Below are positions 26,339 to 38,998 of a stretch of 64,000 bases of DNA, in pieces (position 1 is the first letter of the stretch; each line of letters starts with the position of its first letter). The stretch covers positions 123,923 to 187,922 of the forward strand of contig MCFE01000069.1 in the NCBI GenBank assembly GCA_002104905.1. The letters run 5' to 3'. This DNA comes from Basidiobolus meristosporus CBS 931.73 (lineage: Eukaryota; Fungi; Basidiobolomycota). The translations under genes were made by a program, and so were the position numbers. The notes beneath the pieces are model-generated. The model worked only from the letters and a program-made list of their open reading frames with translations. It searched no databases and was not told the origin of the DNA.

Positions 26339-27142
26339 TTACGAGTCGGCCTTCGAGAATTCGATCTCAAGCTAGATGATTGGAGTTAAGGGTAGTTTGA
26401 ATGGTGTGTGGCAAATGATGGCTTTGGCCACGAAGGATACATAAAGATAGGCACTGTGGAGAGGGTTCAAAAGCCTCAAGCCGACAGGGCTGTATACTTT
26501 TTCGTTCTCAATCTCAATGGCACGGTCAAACTCTGCCATACACTTCAAGAAAGGTCAGATATAATGCAAGGTGGTGAAAGACCGACTGGTCCGTGGAAGT
26601 ACCTTCTGATAAAAGGTCCCGAAGCACACTGGGGTGGTGTATAGACTCAAGCAGCCAAATATGTTATCAAGGGAATGTCGAAACCAGTTGCTCTCAGCTC
26701 GATAAAGGATGGAATTGAGTTTGCTAATAGACTCTTGGAATTGGGGAACAGAAACCTAGTAAGATAGGGATAAGAATTGCTGTCGTAGCACAGACTTTTG
26801 AAGAACAAGGCAGTGACTTACCTTGTCTGTTAGTTCTTTCGGATAGTCCATCGAAAATTGACAACTTTCACCAAGAGTATAATCCCTCTCAATCCGAAGC
26901 TTGCCGCTGAATGGTATGGAAGTAGGAATGCGTAAAGGTTCCCTAGAATCATCCATGTCGTCCTCTTCTTCGGATAAGTCTACATTCTCGCCAAATACCA
27001 TACTCAGTCGGGAGAACACGACATTGGTGAATTCGGTGGACATGCGCTTTAAGGACATCCGATGCAAAGCCCCACTTCCGGTTTCCGGTGGAGGCTCCAA
27101 GGTGTCCCGCTCTAATGTAATCTGGGTAACTTCTTTCTTCAT
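26339..27142 (-). CDS. ERF4: Erf4/Golgin-A7 family protein (Ras palmitoyltransferase accessory subunit), four exons
   Basis: Spliced product LRIERDYTLGESCQFSMDYPKELTDKVSVPQFQESISKLNSIL...NIFGCLSLY...ENEKVYSPVGLRLLNPLHSAYLYLEIEFSKADS* fits the Erf4 domain pattern. Confidence 0.78.
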
Positions 27143-28019
27143 GGAAGCAAAGAGGCTCTAGGGCAAAAAATCAAAAAGGGATACACAAGTGGCGGGGTGC
27201 AGATAAAAATAAAGCCTGGCTAGTTTGACGAAAGAGAAGTGTTAAGGAAGGAAAGAAGCAAGGAATACAGCTTACTATCACGGTTCTTTGGAAAAAAGGG
27301 AGAGTTTGGTGTTAAGTGGGGACAGCTGAAACGAGATATAGGATATCATAACGAGGAACGATGTAGGGAAACGAGAATGAAATAGGGGCATATACTCGAA
27401 CCAATTTCGCAAATTCAAAGCTGTAGCATGAAATGAGGTGGTTGGGAAGAATTCAGGGATGATTAACACAATAAAGGTTAATGATCGAAGCGTTTGATAC
27501 GAATCTACTCCAAACTCTTAATCTTTGTTTTGAAATGACAAATCCCTTAAGGAGAATTCGGGTGGGTTCCTCTCGACTCCATTGGCCAAGAGGGGCAGGT
27601 TTATTTGAACAGCGTTGATGAGAATCAGCACACCTCGCATTAATCATGCATACAGTTCCCAGAGGCCGATGGCATCCCACAGAATGCCTCATTGGTCGCT
27701 TGCACCCATTGTCACACAGCTGCCAAAAGGCCACACTCCAACGGATTCCGCTGGAGGGACGGCTTTCAGTCGAGGCAAACCAAGGGCGAGGAATACTCCT
27801 GCAAACCCTCGAGGTAGCCAGATTCCTGAGCAACTTCCCAAAGCTTCACAAATGCCACTGCAATCAGAACATACACGTCAATCACCATCCTCAGGAATTC
27901 TATCTAGAATCCTATCGGGCTGATCTTCTCGATTAACCAGTGATGTGGCACCGTTCATAAGCCATCAGGCCTCCACTATAAATTGCTCTTACGTCGTCCA
28001 CTCCCGCAAACCAAGAGGC

Positions 28020-28690
28020 ATGAGTACAGATATTCAACTGCAGTGGTCGATCCCACCAACCAGCCTTGAGCGCGAAGGAACGACGTTGAAGCTCGTATCT
28101 TCCCCAATCTCTGACTTCTGGCGAACAACCACAGCTCACCGAATGTCAGGGAACTTTGGCTACCAGAGAGTAAACGCAACCAAGTTCAAGGCAAGCTGCT
28201 TAGTCAGAGGACAGTGGAATATCGAATATGATCAGGCAGGGATCATGGTTTACCTCGACGACCACACCTGGATCAAAGCTGGCATCGAGTACTCCGGTGG
28301 TGTGCAATACATCAGGTATGTGAAGGAATAGCACCGAAACCGTCAATTGTAAACGAAGATTAACCTCCCTTTATCACAAGCGCTGTAGTCACCAATCCCT
28401 ATTCGGACTGGGCCTTGTTTTCCTCCCCAATTGACACTACAGTCAACCACCTGCTCATCGAGTTGGAGCGGAATGGCCCTGTAGTCAAGCTGAGCTACGG
28501 TGCGGTCGAGAGCGCTAGCGATGAAGAAGCCTATCGCAGTGGAGCCAAGCCATTAAAGATCTTCCGGAAAGTCACATGCTTCACCCAGGAACAAGCCTCT
28601 CTGGATGTTGGCATCATGGCCTGCAGTCCCAAAAACCCGGACGGAGTCAGCGTGGAGATAGATAAATTCAAGGTCGACGTGTTGGAGTAG
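28020..28690 (+). CDS. DUF1349/Ree1-like concanavalin-fold protein, intron 28316-28380
   Basis: Motifs SDFWRTT, EYDQAGIMV, WIKAGIEY, SAVVTNPYSDW and VGIMACSPK. Confidence 0.85.
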
Positions 28691-28918
28691 GGCTAAAGAC
28701 TTGCCCACCCTCTACGTGCATTGAATGTCTATTGCCATGATAGAATTGATATTTATTACACACAGTTGTTAAAGATCGATTCGCCTCGAATCCTTGTCCA
28801 GTAAAAGCAGAGGGCAGCCACATATGAACCATATAAAACTACCCAATAAATGTACAAAGCACTCCTGGGGTGTGTGGAGTAACCGTATTATAGCAGTCAG
28901 ATCTTCAGTGAATTAGCA

Positions 28919-30306
28919 TTACGTTGATTTAAATTTTTCTATATAGTCATCGGATGCTTTCTCGTACTGAGAAATGAAAATCTCCTTGGCATTTTTTTGC
29001 AGATACCTGGCACGATATTCAGATGAATGAATGCTCCGGGCAACTGGGCTGTGCTATGGGGTACTTACTTCATAAACTCCGTGAAGTGGTCGCGGAGAAT
29101 GTTGATCGCCTCTTGGTCCATGGAAGTGTGCGCAATAAGCATAGGCAATTGAACTGTGGTGAACAGCTGGTTAGACTGGAACTGCACTTTGGCACGTTCA
29201 GTAACAAATATACGCTACCGAATAATCGGAGTAAATGCTCTGCTCCATAGATATCTGACATGCTGCAGTTTGGATGCTGTTTACAGATATCTACGTATTG
29301 CTGTCGCTCAAAGCGATACAGAAGAATGGTCCCCAGAGCGTTGTTGAAATATAGCCTTAGTCCATCCAAGACTTCGTTTAAAATATCCTCCCTGTATGCC
29401 TCTAGAATAAGTACAGGAAACATGTAATCAAAGAAGCTTGGCTCATACTTCTCTTTACTACTTCTTTTCTTTTCCTTGGATTCTCGGTACATGCCCAGTA
29501 TTTGCGTGACTGTAATTTTACGTGGTAGAGGCACAAGCTGTGTAGTGTAAGGCTAAGTAACGGTTTAAGAGAAGATTACTTTTTCCAGGTTACATACTTG
29601 CTCTAGTTTCGTGATGTTTTCCCAGTCATCAACAAGCTGAAGCTTCAACGAGCTGGGGATGGATAATTTAACCTCGGGTCGCTTCTCACTGCCATCGTCT
29701 TGCGACTATGTGGGGGGAAGTGGGTTAGATCTTACGTTAGAACGCCAGATTCACAAACTTGGGCCGAGTTTGCAATCATGAGGATTGTTCTCTCACCTTG
29801 GTTTTTTCAGCGGAATTCTCTCTAGCCCTCTTTCTGCTTTTGGATGCTTCCGATGGGGCCTTCTCTTTGGAGGAAGATTTCTTCTTTGTTTTGACGGCCG
29901 CTTTTAGTGCAGCTTGCGTGGCAAGATTTTCTTCGTTATATTTCAATACCCGAGATTCGGGGACCCATTCATCCCAACTGTTTGGTAAAGGAATGAACAG
30001 GATCAGTACTCGACAAGACCGTGAAATCTCATTGTCAGAAAACTAGATACTCACGTTTGCTTCCAGCCCTTATAATGTACATAGTAATGACCACCTTCTT
30101 CAACCTGTTCATTTCCTTCCCACCATTCACATTGCAAAACCTGGACCATTAAACGCAGTAAATAAAAGGCTAACGAGCGTAATTCGCCATCTGCCACAAA
30201 AAAGCTACATAAGCCTCACCTTTGCTTCGTAGAGCAGCGGTCCATGATAACACAATATCTTCTCGTCTTTGATGAACGCGAGACTTCGCGAATCTTTGCC
30301 AGTCAT
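28919..30306 (-). CDS. EAF3: Eaf3/MRG15 chromodomain-MRG protein (NuA4/Rpd3S subunit), multi-exon
   Basis: N-terminus DEKILCYHGPLLYEAK; MRG domain GLRLYFNNALGTILLYRFERQQY and SDIYGAEHLLRLF. Confidence 0.92.
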
Positions 30307-31184
30307 AGAAGCTTCTCACACACTCACGAGCACAAACAAAAACTGACCTAATTCACCACAAATTGACTCTTTTTTGTTGTGCTGAGGGAGGTAAGTAAAA
30401 GAACCCATTGGGCATACTCTGCATTTTCCCAAATAGCATGATTATTACCCAAAATTATCCGCATGTCCCGTGGTAGCTGATGTCGGTAAATTATCAAGAA
30501 ATCGGTATTTCACAAATAAACCACTCTCCAGTAGAAAGCGCTCATTGGATAACTCGCATAGCGATTTGCATGCGGGTTGTGAATATCTCGCAGCCCTGTG
30601 GCTTTAGGCGATCAAAAGCGAACATCAGGTGTTCGTGGCGATTGGGAATGAGTGAGGGCGTGGGTAGGGTTCCTTTCCAACTCAAATTTGCCGAGGTTTA
30701 AACCTTCCTAATCGCACCGCTCGAGGCTTCAGCCAAGCGCGCAGTAGCAGAGTTCTTGCGGGCCTCCTCATGGATCGAAAGAATCCGTCCAATTGGTAAG
30801 TCCAAAGATATTCTAGACATTGCTAAATGTAGCTAAAATCTATCGAAGAAGATCAATGTGAAGTTCTACGGGATCCGATTTGATGCAAGAAGCATTTCAC
30901 TGGTTGCTGAGGTGTGTACATTAATGGCGTCCGTGAATGGGATTGAATGTTTATACCACACGATGCGAGTTGCTACCAAGATTTCATTTTCCGAACTTGG
31001 AACTTCCTTTTGGAGGTTGGCCTTATCCCCAATCACTACCATTGAATTCCTAGATTTCCATATACCGAATGTCTTCGTATCCCACCCGCGCTTTTTGTTT
31101 CTTGTGTACACCACACAACCCTCCTCTCGAGTTTCGAGTGATTCCCCTTTGCACAGAATGAAACACGAGTTACCGTACTTTACT

Positions 31185-32211
31185 ATGGCCAAGAAAAATA
31201 GTAAGAGCCCGCTTTTCGCTGGAGTGACCCTTGAATAGATGCTAAACCCTTTACCCCCATAAAGCTCTGCAGTTCAAAAGGTACGCCAGTCTGTGCTTCC
31301 TCACTTTACAGAGTAGCTGCCTGGTGCTGCTGTTACGCTATTCTCGCATGGAGCGCCAGCAGGGAGTGCCGCTATATATCGCTTCCACCGCTGTGGTTTT
31401 TGCCGAAACACTCAAGACGATGGTTTGCTTGGCGTGCATATACAGAGACTGCAGAAAATGGACGACATTCACCAAAGTGCTCTCTAGCGAGGTTTTCGAT
31501 AACTGGGTCGAGGTCAAACGAATGATGATTCCCTCGGGCCTGTATGCTGTACAAAACAACCTGTTGTTTATAGCCCTATCAAATCTTGAGGCCGTTACCT
31601 TCCAAATATCCTACCAGCTGAAGATTCTTTCGACTGCGCTGTTTTCTGTCTCCCTTCTTGGCACGCGACTCTCGCGCAATAGATGGTTTAGCCTGGTGCT
31701 ACTCATGATCGGGGTTATTCTTGTTCAGCTGCCCACTACCTCCAGCGCACCTTCGGCCGAGAGCTCGGGCTTGGAGAGGCCTTTCATCGGGCTGGTCGCG
31801 GTCAGTCTGGCCTGTTTATCTTCCGGATTTGCCGGATGCTACTTCGAAAAGATGATCAGGAGCGGGACAACAAGCATGTGGATCCGAAACCTTCAGTTGG
31901 GAATACCTGCCCTTCTTTTTTCACTTATCGCAATGGTTCTTAGCGATGGCAAGGCGATCATGCGTGGAGGGCTATTCCAGGGCTACGACACCCTTACTTG
32001 GATGGTCATATTGAACCAAGCACTTAGCGGCCTGCTTGTCTCCATGGTTGTCAAGCATGCCGGCAACATCCTGAAGAGCTTTGCTAATTCCCTGTCGATC
32101 ATCATATCAAGCTTGATTTCTTTCTACCTATTCGGATTCCAACCCTCCCCCTTATTCACGATAGGCTCTTTCCTTGTGATAGGAGCAACACTGTTGTATA
32201 GCCGTGCATAG
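31185..32211 (+). CDS. SLC35A-type nucleotide-sugar (UDP-galactose-like) transporter; probable short first exon with intron 31201-31264
   Basis: LQSSCLVLLLRYSR, IPSGLYAVQNNLLFIALSNLEAVTFQISYQLKILSTALFS, SGFAGCYFEK, WIRNLQL, VVKHAGNILKSFA. An alternative ATG lies at 31158. Confidence 0.9.
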
Positions 32212-32751
32212 AATAGTATAGATGTGGTCTTTGCTTCGCGCTGAATGTCCCAACCACAACCTGTATGTAAGATTAAGGATTTGGATCATTTTGGATACTG
32301 ATCAATCGTCATATAATTTATTTCTCTATAAAACACTGCCGTATTACGGAACTAGACTCAACTTAGCCCATTGTTACGGCCGGTGTTCTGGGCGTTGTCA
32401 TCCATGGAGATGGGGGATGTTGGCCTACCCAATGATCGCGGTTGAATCTTCATCACTAACCACGAAGCGTTGATAAGAATATATACTGACATTGATGCCC
32501 TCGAAGCTTAGGTAAACTACTAGCCAATTATATACAAATCAAGAATCTGCCATCAACCCGGTTTCACCCCGTGGCACGTGGATATCCCCCCACATGGGGC
32601 AAGCCCAGTGTTTACACCACAGTGGATCCTAACACTAGTTTTATTTTTGATTGATTCATCAACAATTTTGGTCGCTGGGTAATTCGAGTAAATCAATACT
32701 GTCTAGGGTTTGATGGATCAAGGGTGATCTACACACGCCTGCTTTCAAGGA

Positions 32752-35700
32752 TCAAGTGTTGGTGTTCAGAATTCGACATGCTTTGGAGATCAGTTCGAGC
32801 GCTGGGAATGTAGGTTTGAGTAGGTTCTTGGGTGTGCATTGGGTCTGATACCGCTTACCTTTGCCTGGCGTGGTTTCCATTATATCCACGTCTTCAAACA
32901 GCTGGTGAATTTTCTAGACCAGGAAAGAAGCGGTTAGTGCTGAGAATAGATCAAGCGAGCGAGCAAACTGCAGGACTTACCGACAGCTTGAGTGAGGACT
33001 GGTTCTCGATTGTTGGCTGATTCAGTAGAGCTGCTGGTGGCTCTGGTCGGTCGGGCACTTGTTTGTTATCCAGACCATGCTTAATCCGTCTCGCTAGCCC
33101 TATCACCGAACTCGGAAGTCCAGCAAGTTGAGCTACGTACAGTCCATGGGACTGGCGCATGACTCCTGGGCGAACCACATGAACGTAGGAATAACTTCCC
33201 GGCTAATAGATGTTGTATGTTAGCCTGATATCCAATGATCACTCCGCCAGCCGACGTACCTGATCTTCGTGAACCGTTGTGTGGTAACAGGAAACGTCCC
33301 GTAACTCCTGGTCTAGCATGTCGGCAAGTTCGTGATAATGGGTTGCAAACAAAGACCGGCACTTGATCGTAGTGTTCAGATGGTGTAGAGTAGCGTAGGC
33401 AATCGAAAGGCCATCTGTGGTGGAGGTGCCTCTACCAACCTCGTCCATGATAACCTATGTCCAATGAAAATCAACATTCACATAACCAAACAGCAGATCT
33501 ACTCGGGTCGTACCAATGACCTGGAGGTTGCGTTGTTGAGGATCGTTGCGGTTTCCATCATCTCCACCATAAACGTGGATTGATCCAAAGCTAAATTATC
33601 CGCAGCACCAACCTAGATCACTAGCAATGTTAGGATCTCTACAGCTGAGTATTGATGCCAGATCTACTCTACCCGGCTGTATACTCCATCGATAATCCCG
33701 AGCTCCGCGCGATCTGCGGGAACGAAACCACCAGTCTGTGCCATGATTGATATTATTGCCACCTGACGTAGAAAGGTACTCTTACCACCCATATTAGGGC
33801 TGCGATGGGAACGCCATGATTAGGATCCCCGCAGAAAGTCTGGCGAATAGATGCCACAAATCACATACCCAGTTATCAGCCACACGTTTCCGTTTGCTCC
33901 AACCAAACAGTCGTTTTTAGCAAACTGCCGTCCTTTGTCGTGTAGCGATTTCTCAACCACGGGATGTCTACCGCCAATGATTTTTGTTTCTCCGCTAAAC
34001 AGGCATGTTAGGACGGCTCCAGTTGAGAATGGGTCGGGAAATCTTACCCTTCGTTGAGTATCGGCCTGACGTAGTTCTTTTCTCGGGCCAGCACGGCAAA
34101 TGCAGATGCTACATCTAACTGAGCCAACACACGGCAGCTTTTCATGATGGATGGCGTTTTCTCTAGAACTTTGTTAACCGTGTCTTCAAAAACCGCCTTC
34201 TCTTCGTCGTAGATCTGCTCGTATGTGAACTCCAATTTGGAGGACAGGATGGTCCATTGCTGTAAGGCAAAGAGGGCCAGCTTAGTTCACGGTACGAAAT
34301 CAAGCCCAGGATTGGTGGATATGATGCCTACATTCATTTGGTAGCGCCGCTTTCCTTTCAACGTCTGCACGAGAGTGACTTCGTCCGATTCGGAGATTTT
34401 GGCCGCATCCTTGGGAGTTACCTCCACATAGTGCTTTAAACTTGAAGTTGACAGCAGCTTGAGGCTTTTGACATCTAGAAAGCATTAAGCGTCGGCATTC
34501 GTTTACGTGAGCTAATCAGATATTGTACCATAAGTCTCCCGCAGGTCTTGCTCCAGCTTATCTTTCTCTAGCAGTAGCGCATCATACTCGCTAGTGAGCT
34601 GTTTCAATCTTCGTGTAGAACTATATAACGCAGAGCCAAATTCAGTATTTGCGTGAATAAAGTGGTCTTCCCATATGTGGTGATCGTAACGGACGAATAG
34701 CTACCGTTTGTTTATGAAGCCAGGCCCGTTCAATCTTTTAGGTGCCTCTAGGCCCATCACATCTATGATCGTGTCGGCCAAGTCCTCGTGAGGCTGCAGC
34801 TCTTCCAAAAGTCCAGCAAAGTTCTCGATAAAGCTGGTTGACGAAGCCCGCAATAGACGCTCCTTGATGGAGCTTATTGTCTTCAGGGTGGTGGAGATAT
34901 CCACCAAGTCCGCGGGACCACCGTAATTCAAGGATAATCTTTGCAACGCACGTTGAGCATCTCTGGAGTTTGTCAAACTGCTCTGAATATCGCTCGTCAA
35001 GTGGGAATCGTCAAAAAAGAGCTGCACCAGGTCTAGACGTTTGTTGATTTTGTCAATAGATGTAAGTGGTGAGGCTATTCATCAGAAATGTCACAGAACA
35101 GAGTTAGTTATCGAGTCAAACTGAACGCAGGCCAGAGTCAAGGGTTACTTAATCGTTCGGCTAACAAGCGGGAACCAGCCTTTGTAGTCGTAAAATCGAT
35201 CGAGTTTAGAAGGCTTCCTTTTTTCGTGTTCCCTTTCAGAGCGCGCAAAAGCTCTAGAGAGCTGAAGGCTATCTGGTCGATTTTCATGATGGTTTCTGGA
35301 ACGTATTTGATGGGCGATTGTAACGATACTTTTCTATCAATTAAGATTCTGTCCAGATAACTCAATAAGCCTGAACTGGCTTTCAGCTCTAACGTAGTAA
35401 GCTTCGCAGTAAAGCTGTCTTGCACAGTTGAATTCTCGTCAATCCGCTGCTTTTTGTCTCCGTTGTATATGCTCGTCAAGAGCTTCGACTGAATATCAAG
35501 CCCGAACGTCTCCGACGGTTCGTAAGTGGTTAAATAGTTGGACATCTTGAGCGTCAATTGATGCATCGGGTGCTCGACTGCTTTTAACGATGCGTTCAAT
35601 ACAATCTCGCGAGGCTGGATACGGGCAAGATCAGAAAGGAAGGACTTGTATGATGATTCTTCAACCATAAAGTCGCCAGTTGACAAATCAACCCAAGCCA

Positions 35701-36583
35701 AGCCGACAAGCTCAGAGTTGGTATCAGCTTCGACGGAAAGTAAATAGTTATTTTCGCATGGGTCTAGAAACTGCTCGTTTATCAGCGTGCCTGGTGTAAT
35801 GATTCTTGACACTCGTCTCGAGAAATACTTCGTAACGGGATCTTGAAATTGTTCACACAGGGCTACAGATTTACCTAGTTTTGATACCAGTATCTCCAGA
35901 TATTTTTCCAGATGTCGGGCTGGAAAGCCTGTGAATTTCACTTTTTGCTTTTTGAAGGTGCGATCTATCACAGTTATGTCCAGTAGTGGGCCGATTTCAT
36001 CCGCTTGTTCGTAATATAGCTAATCACAAATGCTAGCTAAGTAACAAATAAAGCGGCCATAAAAAACACACCTCTTACCTCGTAGAAGTCCCCAACTCGA
36101 GTTAACAAGACATATTGCGGATTTTCCAGTTGATAATCTCTAACTAGTTTTAATAATTTGGTGCTTGGAACATCAAGCTCCGATTCTTCTATGATCTGGG
36201 TTTCTGCCAATTTCGTTGGCTCTGGTTTTACGCTCTCAGTGGCGACCGCACTATTATTGAGGAATTCATCTAAATTGATTCGAACATTTTTCTTCTTTTT
36301 CCCTGTAATACAGAAAGCGCTTTTAGCATGGGGATAACCAGCGTTGGTAAAGAGCTTTTACAACTTGAAATGATTTACTTTTAACGCTTTTTCCTTCCGC
36401 CTCTGCTTCTTCAGTCAGATTAAGTACACCGCCTGTAGTGAGTGTTCTGCGAAGATTGAATGTGTTCGTCAAGAGAAGCGAGGCGTTTCTTTGTTTAACT
36501 GGAAACTTTGTAGGTCTATAGGTTAACAATATGGGAAGCTTGGCTCTTCCTCTAAAAGGTAAACAATGTCGGTTAAAAGACAT
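32752..36583 (-). CDS. MSH1: Mitochondrial MutS homolog (multi-exon)
   Basis: Arg-rich, acid-free N-terminus (presequence-like); [11 protein letters not shown]; [11 protein letters not shown]; Walker [10 protein letters not shown]; STFMVEM; [13 protein letters not shown]; LFATHYHEL. Confidence 0.88.
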
Positions 36584-38998
36584 CACGATTCCTACGACTT
36601 TATTGCCGCTGACAATGCTACGTCTAAATGGCACCTTGCTTCCTAACAGCCCCTAATTCTATGTCTATGTTCTTTTTTGTGTGATTTATCATTCCACGAA
36701 AACAAACACTTCTGGTGGCATTCAGCCAATCAGATCCCACTTTGAACTGGTAGAGAAAATCAAGCGAGAGCCCGTTTAAAGTTTGGGTTAGCTAAACGAA
36801 GAATAGCGCTTTGCGACCCAATGTGACTAAATCCTGGTTTAGTGAGAGTCACTTGGGCGTACTTCTGATTGTACCTTCAATGCAATGATGTGGTCGATGT
36901 CTTTTCCATTCCCATACTCTGCACCCCAGTGAGTCTGACTTAATTCCCACTAGCCATCATTTGATGGAAGGCCTGCGTTCCAGATGGAATCAGCATACAT
37001 GATGTATTATCATGGGTGGAATGACAAGAAGTAACCTAATGTAGGTGAGGATCTGTTGCCAATATGAGTTTTCCTATTGAAAACCAAAAGCGGAAGCGAC
37101 GCGAAACACGATCAATGACTGGATTGATTAAGATGGGTTTCTAATCCATCTCATTCACTCTGGACCCAGACACGGTTACCGCTCTGTCCCATAAACTGGG
37201 ATCGTTTCTCAATGACTCGAGACCAAAACACTAAATGAAGAAACTAACAAACATGTAAAATATTGAGCATAAATAAGCCATTTGAATCAGCGTAGGGTGT
37301 GGTCAAGAAAAGATATGACAAGCATCTAAATAAGCTACGCAGATGCATACCCGGTTCCACCAAAGAGATTCCAAACACCATTGGGCTGATGCGAGGTCAA
37401 GGAGTCACAAGAGCGGTTGGCCAATTACCCTAAACGTGAGTTCCTATTATCAATTATCTACAATTGCTGAACAAAAGCCCATACGTCCTGAAATCAACTC
37501 CACTTCGATTTGTACTCTAGAATGGACAGCGCCTCGTAGCCTATCTAAACAGGACTCTGGTTGCGATTTCGGCAGTCGTATAGCTCTCGTGATGCTGTCT
37601 AACCATAGCGCTCTGATTACTGTGCTTGGCATCATAGCACAACTGCATTACTCAAATAATCATTTTTTCTTCATCTGCAGAATTTCCATGGAGTCCATTC
37701 GGTTTGTCCGCGCCAAGCATCACATGAATTCAAACATGGAAATGGGATCCCGGTGTAACACCGGTCTTCAGCTAGAGTCATCCCAGCATGTGGTTGCACA
37801 TACGCTTCCTTAATAAGCAGATGTGTGGTTCAGCTTTCCTAATTATAGTCCCAAATCTGGTCAAGAATCCTTTTGGCTCGGGTGTACAACTGTGAGACAC
37901 CTTTCGATTGTAAACCTACCTAAATGACCTGTTTCATTGTACGTCACTGACCACTAGGAATCAACATGATTAGGTTTGCATATATCATTCGGCCATCAGT
38001 GGTATCCAGCCTGTACTATTGATTCAGCGAGACACAATCATTGCACAAACACTATCAAAGAATCCAAGCATTAGGCAGCCGAGCTGTGTCTGCCGTGTGG
38101 TGTCTGGGTGAACGGCCCAGTCTGATGGTGCTGGGATGGCCTGATTCAACGGGAGGTTCGCGTAATAGGTAAGAGTTCTGTGATCTGTGAGTGTCCATCA
38201 ATTTGAATATATATGGGCTTTATCAAGATCATCCATGATGGAATCGGGTTGTATATTGAACCTATTAGGATTAATTTAACCTAGTAACGTGAGAGGCTCA
38301 TGCCAGGCTTGGGGGCGCTGATTGGTTGTGAGCAAAAAGAGTAACGAGCCGTCGTAATAGTGGTCAGAATCCTAGACATTGGGTAGTTTATGGGGGAAGG
38401 CCGAGGGTGAGCTTCACGAATAAAGTTTACTATCCAGGACTTCAGTTGCGCCGTCAAGAGTGGCCACGGATTTCTTGGTAAAGTCTACTCCACAGCTATT
38501 TCTCGCGGGGTGGAAGCCCGTCTTGACTGTGATAAATATAGTGTCGCAAGGTGACCCGTTAAATGTAGCTCAGCTCAAAAATATATGCAATCATTATCGG
38601 TTTCATTTATGTTGGACGGCGGTCAACATCTCATTTATCCTTCGCACTTTATTAATAGCTAACCGCCTGATCCTCATTTGGAGTTCACTTATTTTTAGTG
38701 TACGAATCAACTGATATATGAATATGAGATCAGTTTCCTATTCGGTGGATGGACACAAGTCAAAAGCTTTAATAGTGCGCCAAACTGCAGTACCAACTGG
38801 ACTTAATCCCCTAAATATTTCTTGGATTGCTAATTCAATTTTCACCTATTTGAACTCTGTGAGGCTATTAATTCGTTACGCTGCACAGCTCGCATTTATC
38901 TTCCACTCCACCCTTACCTTATCTACTTTCCTTTTTCTTACCCTTCCCCGCATACTTCCCTTCCCCACCTTTCCACAAAACGCCATAGATATATCCTT

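Noticed and set aside
37343-37813. 156-aa ORF as a gene
   Set aside because: No recognisable family, signal or splice support; left uncalled.
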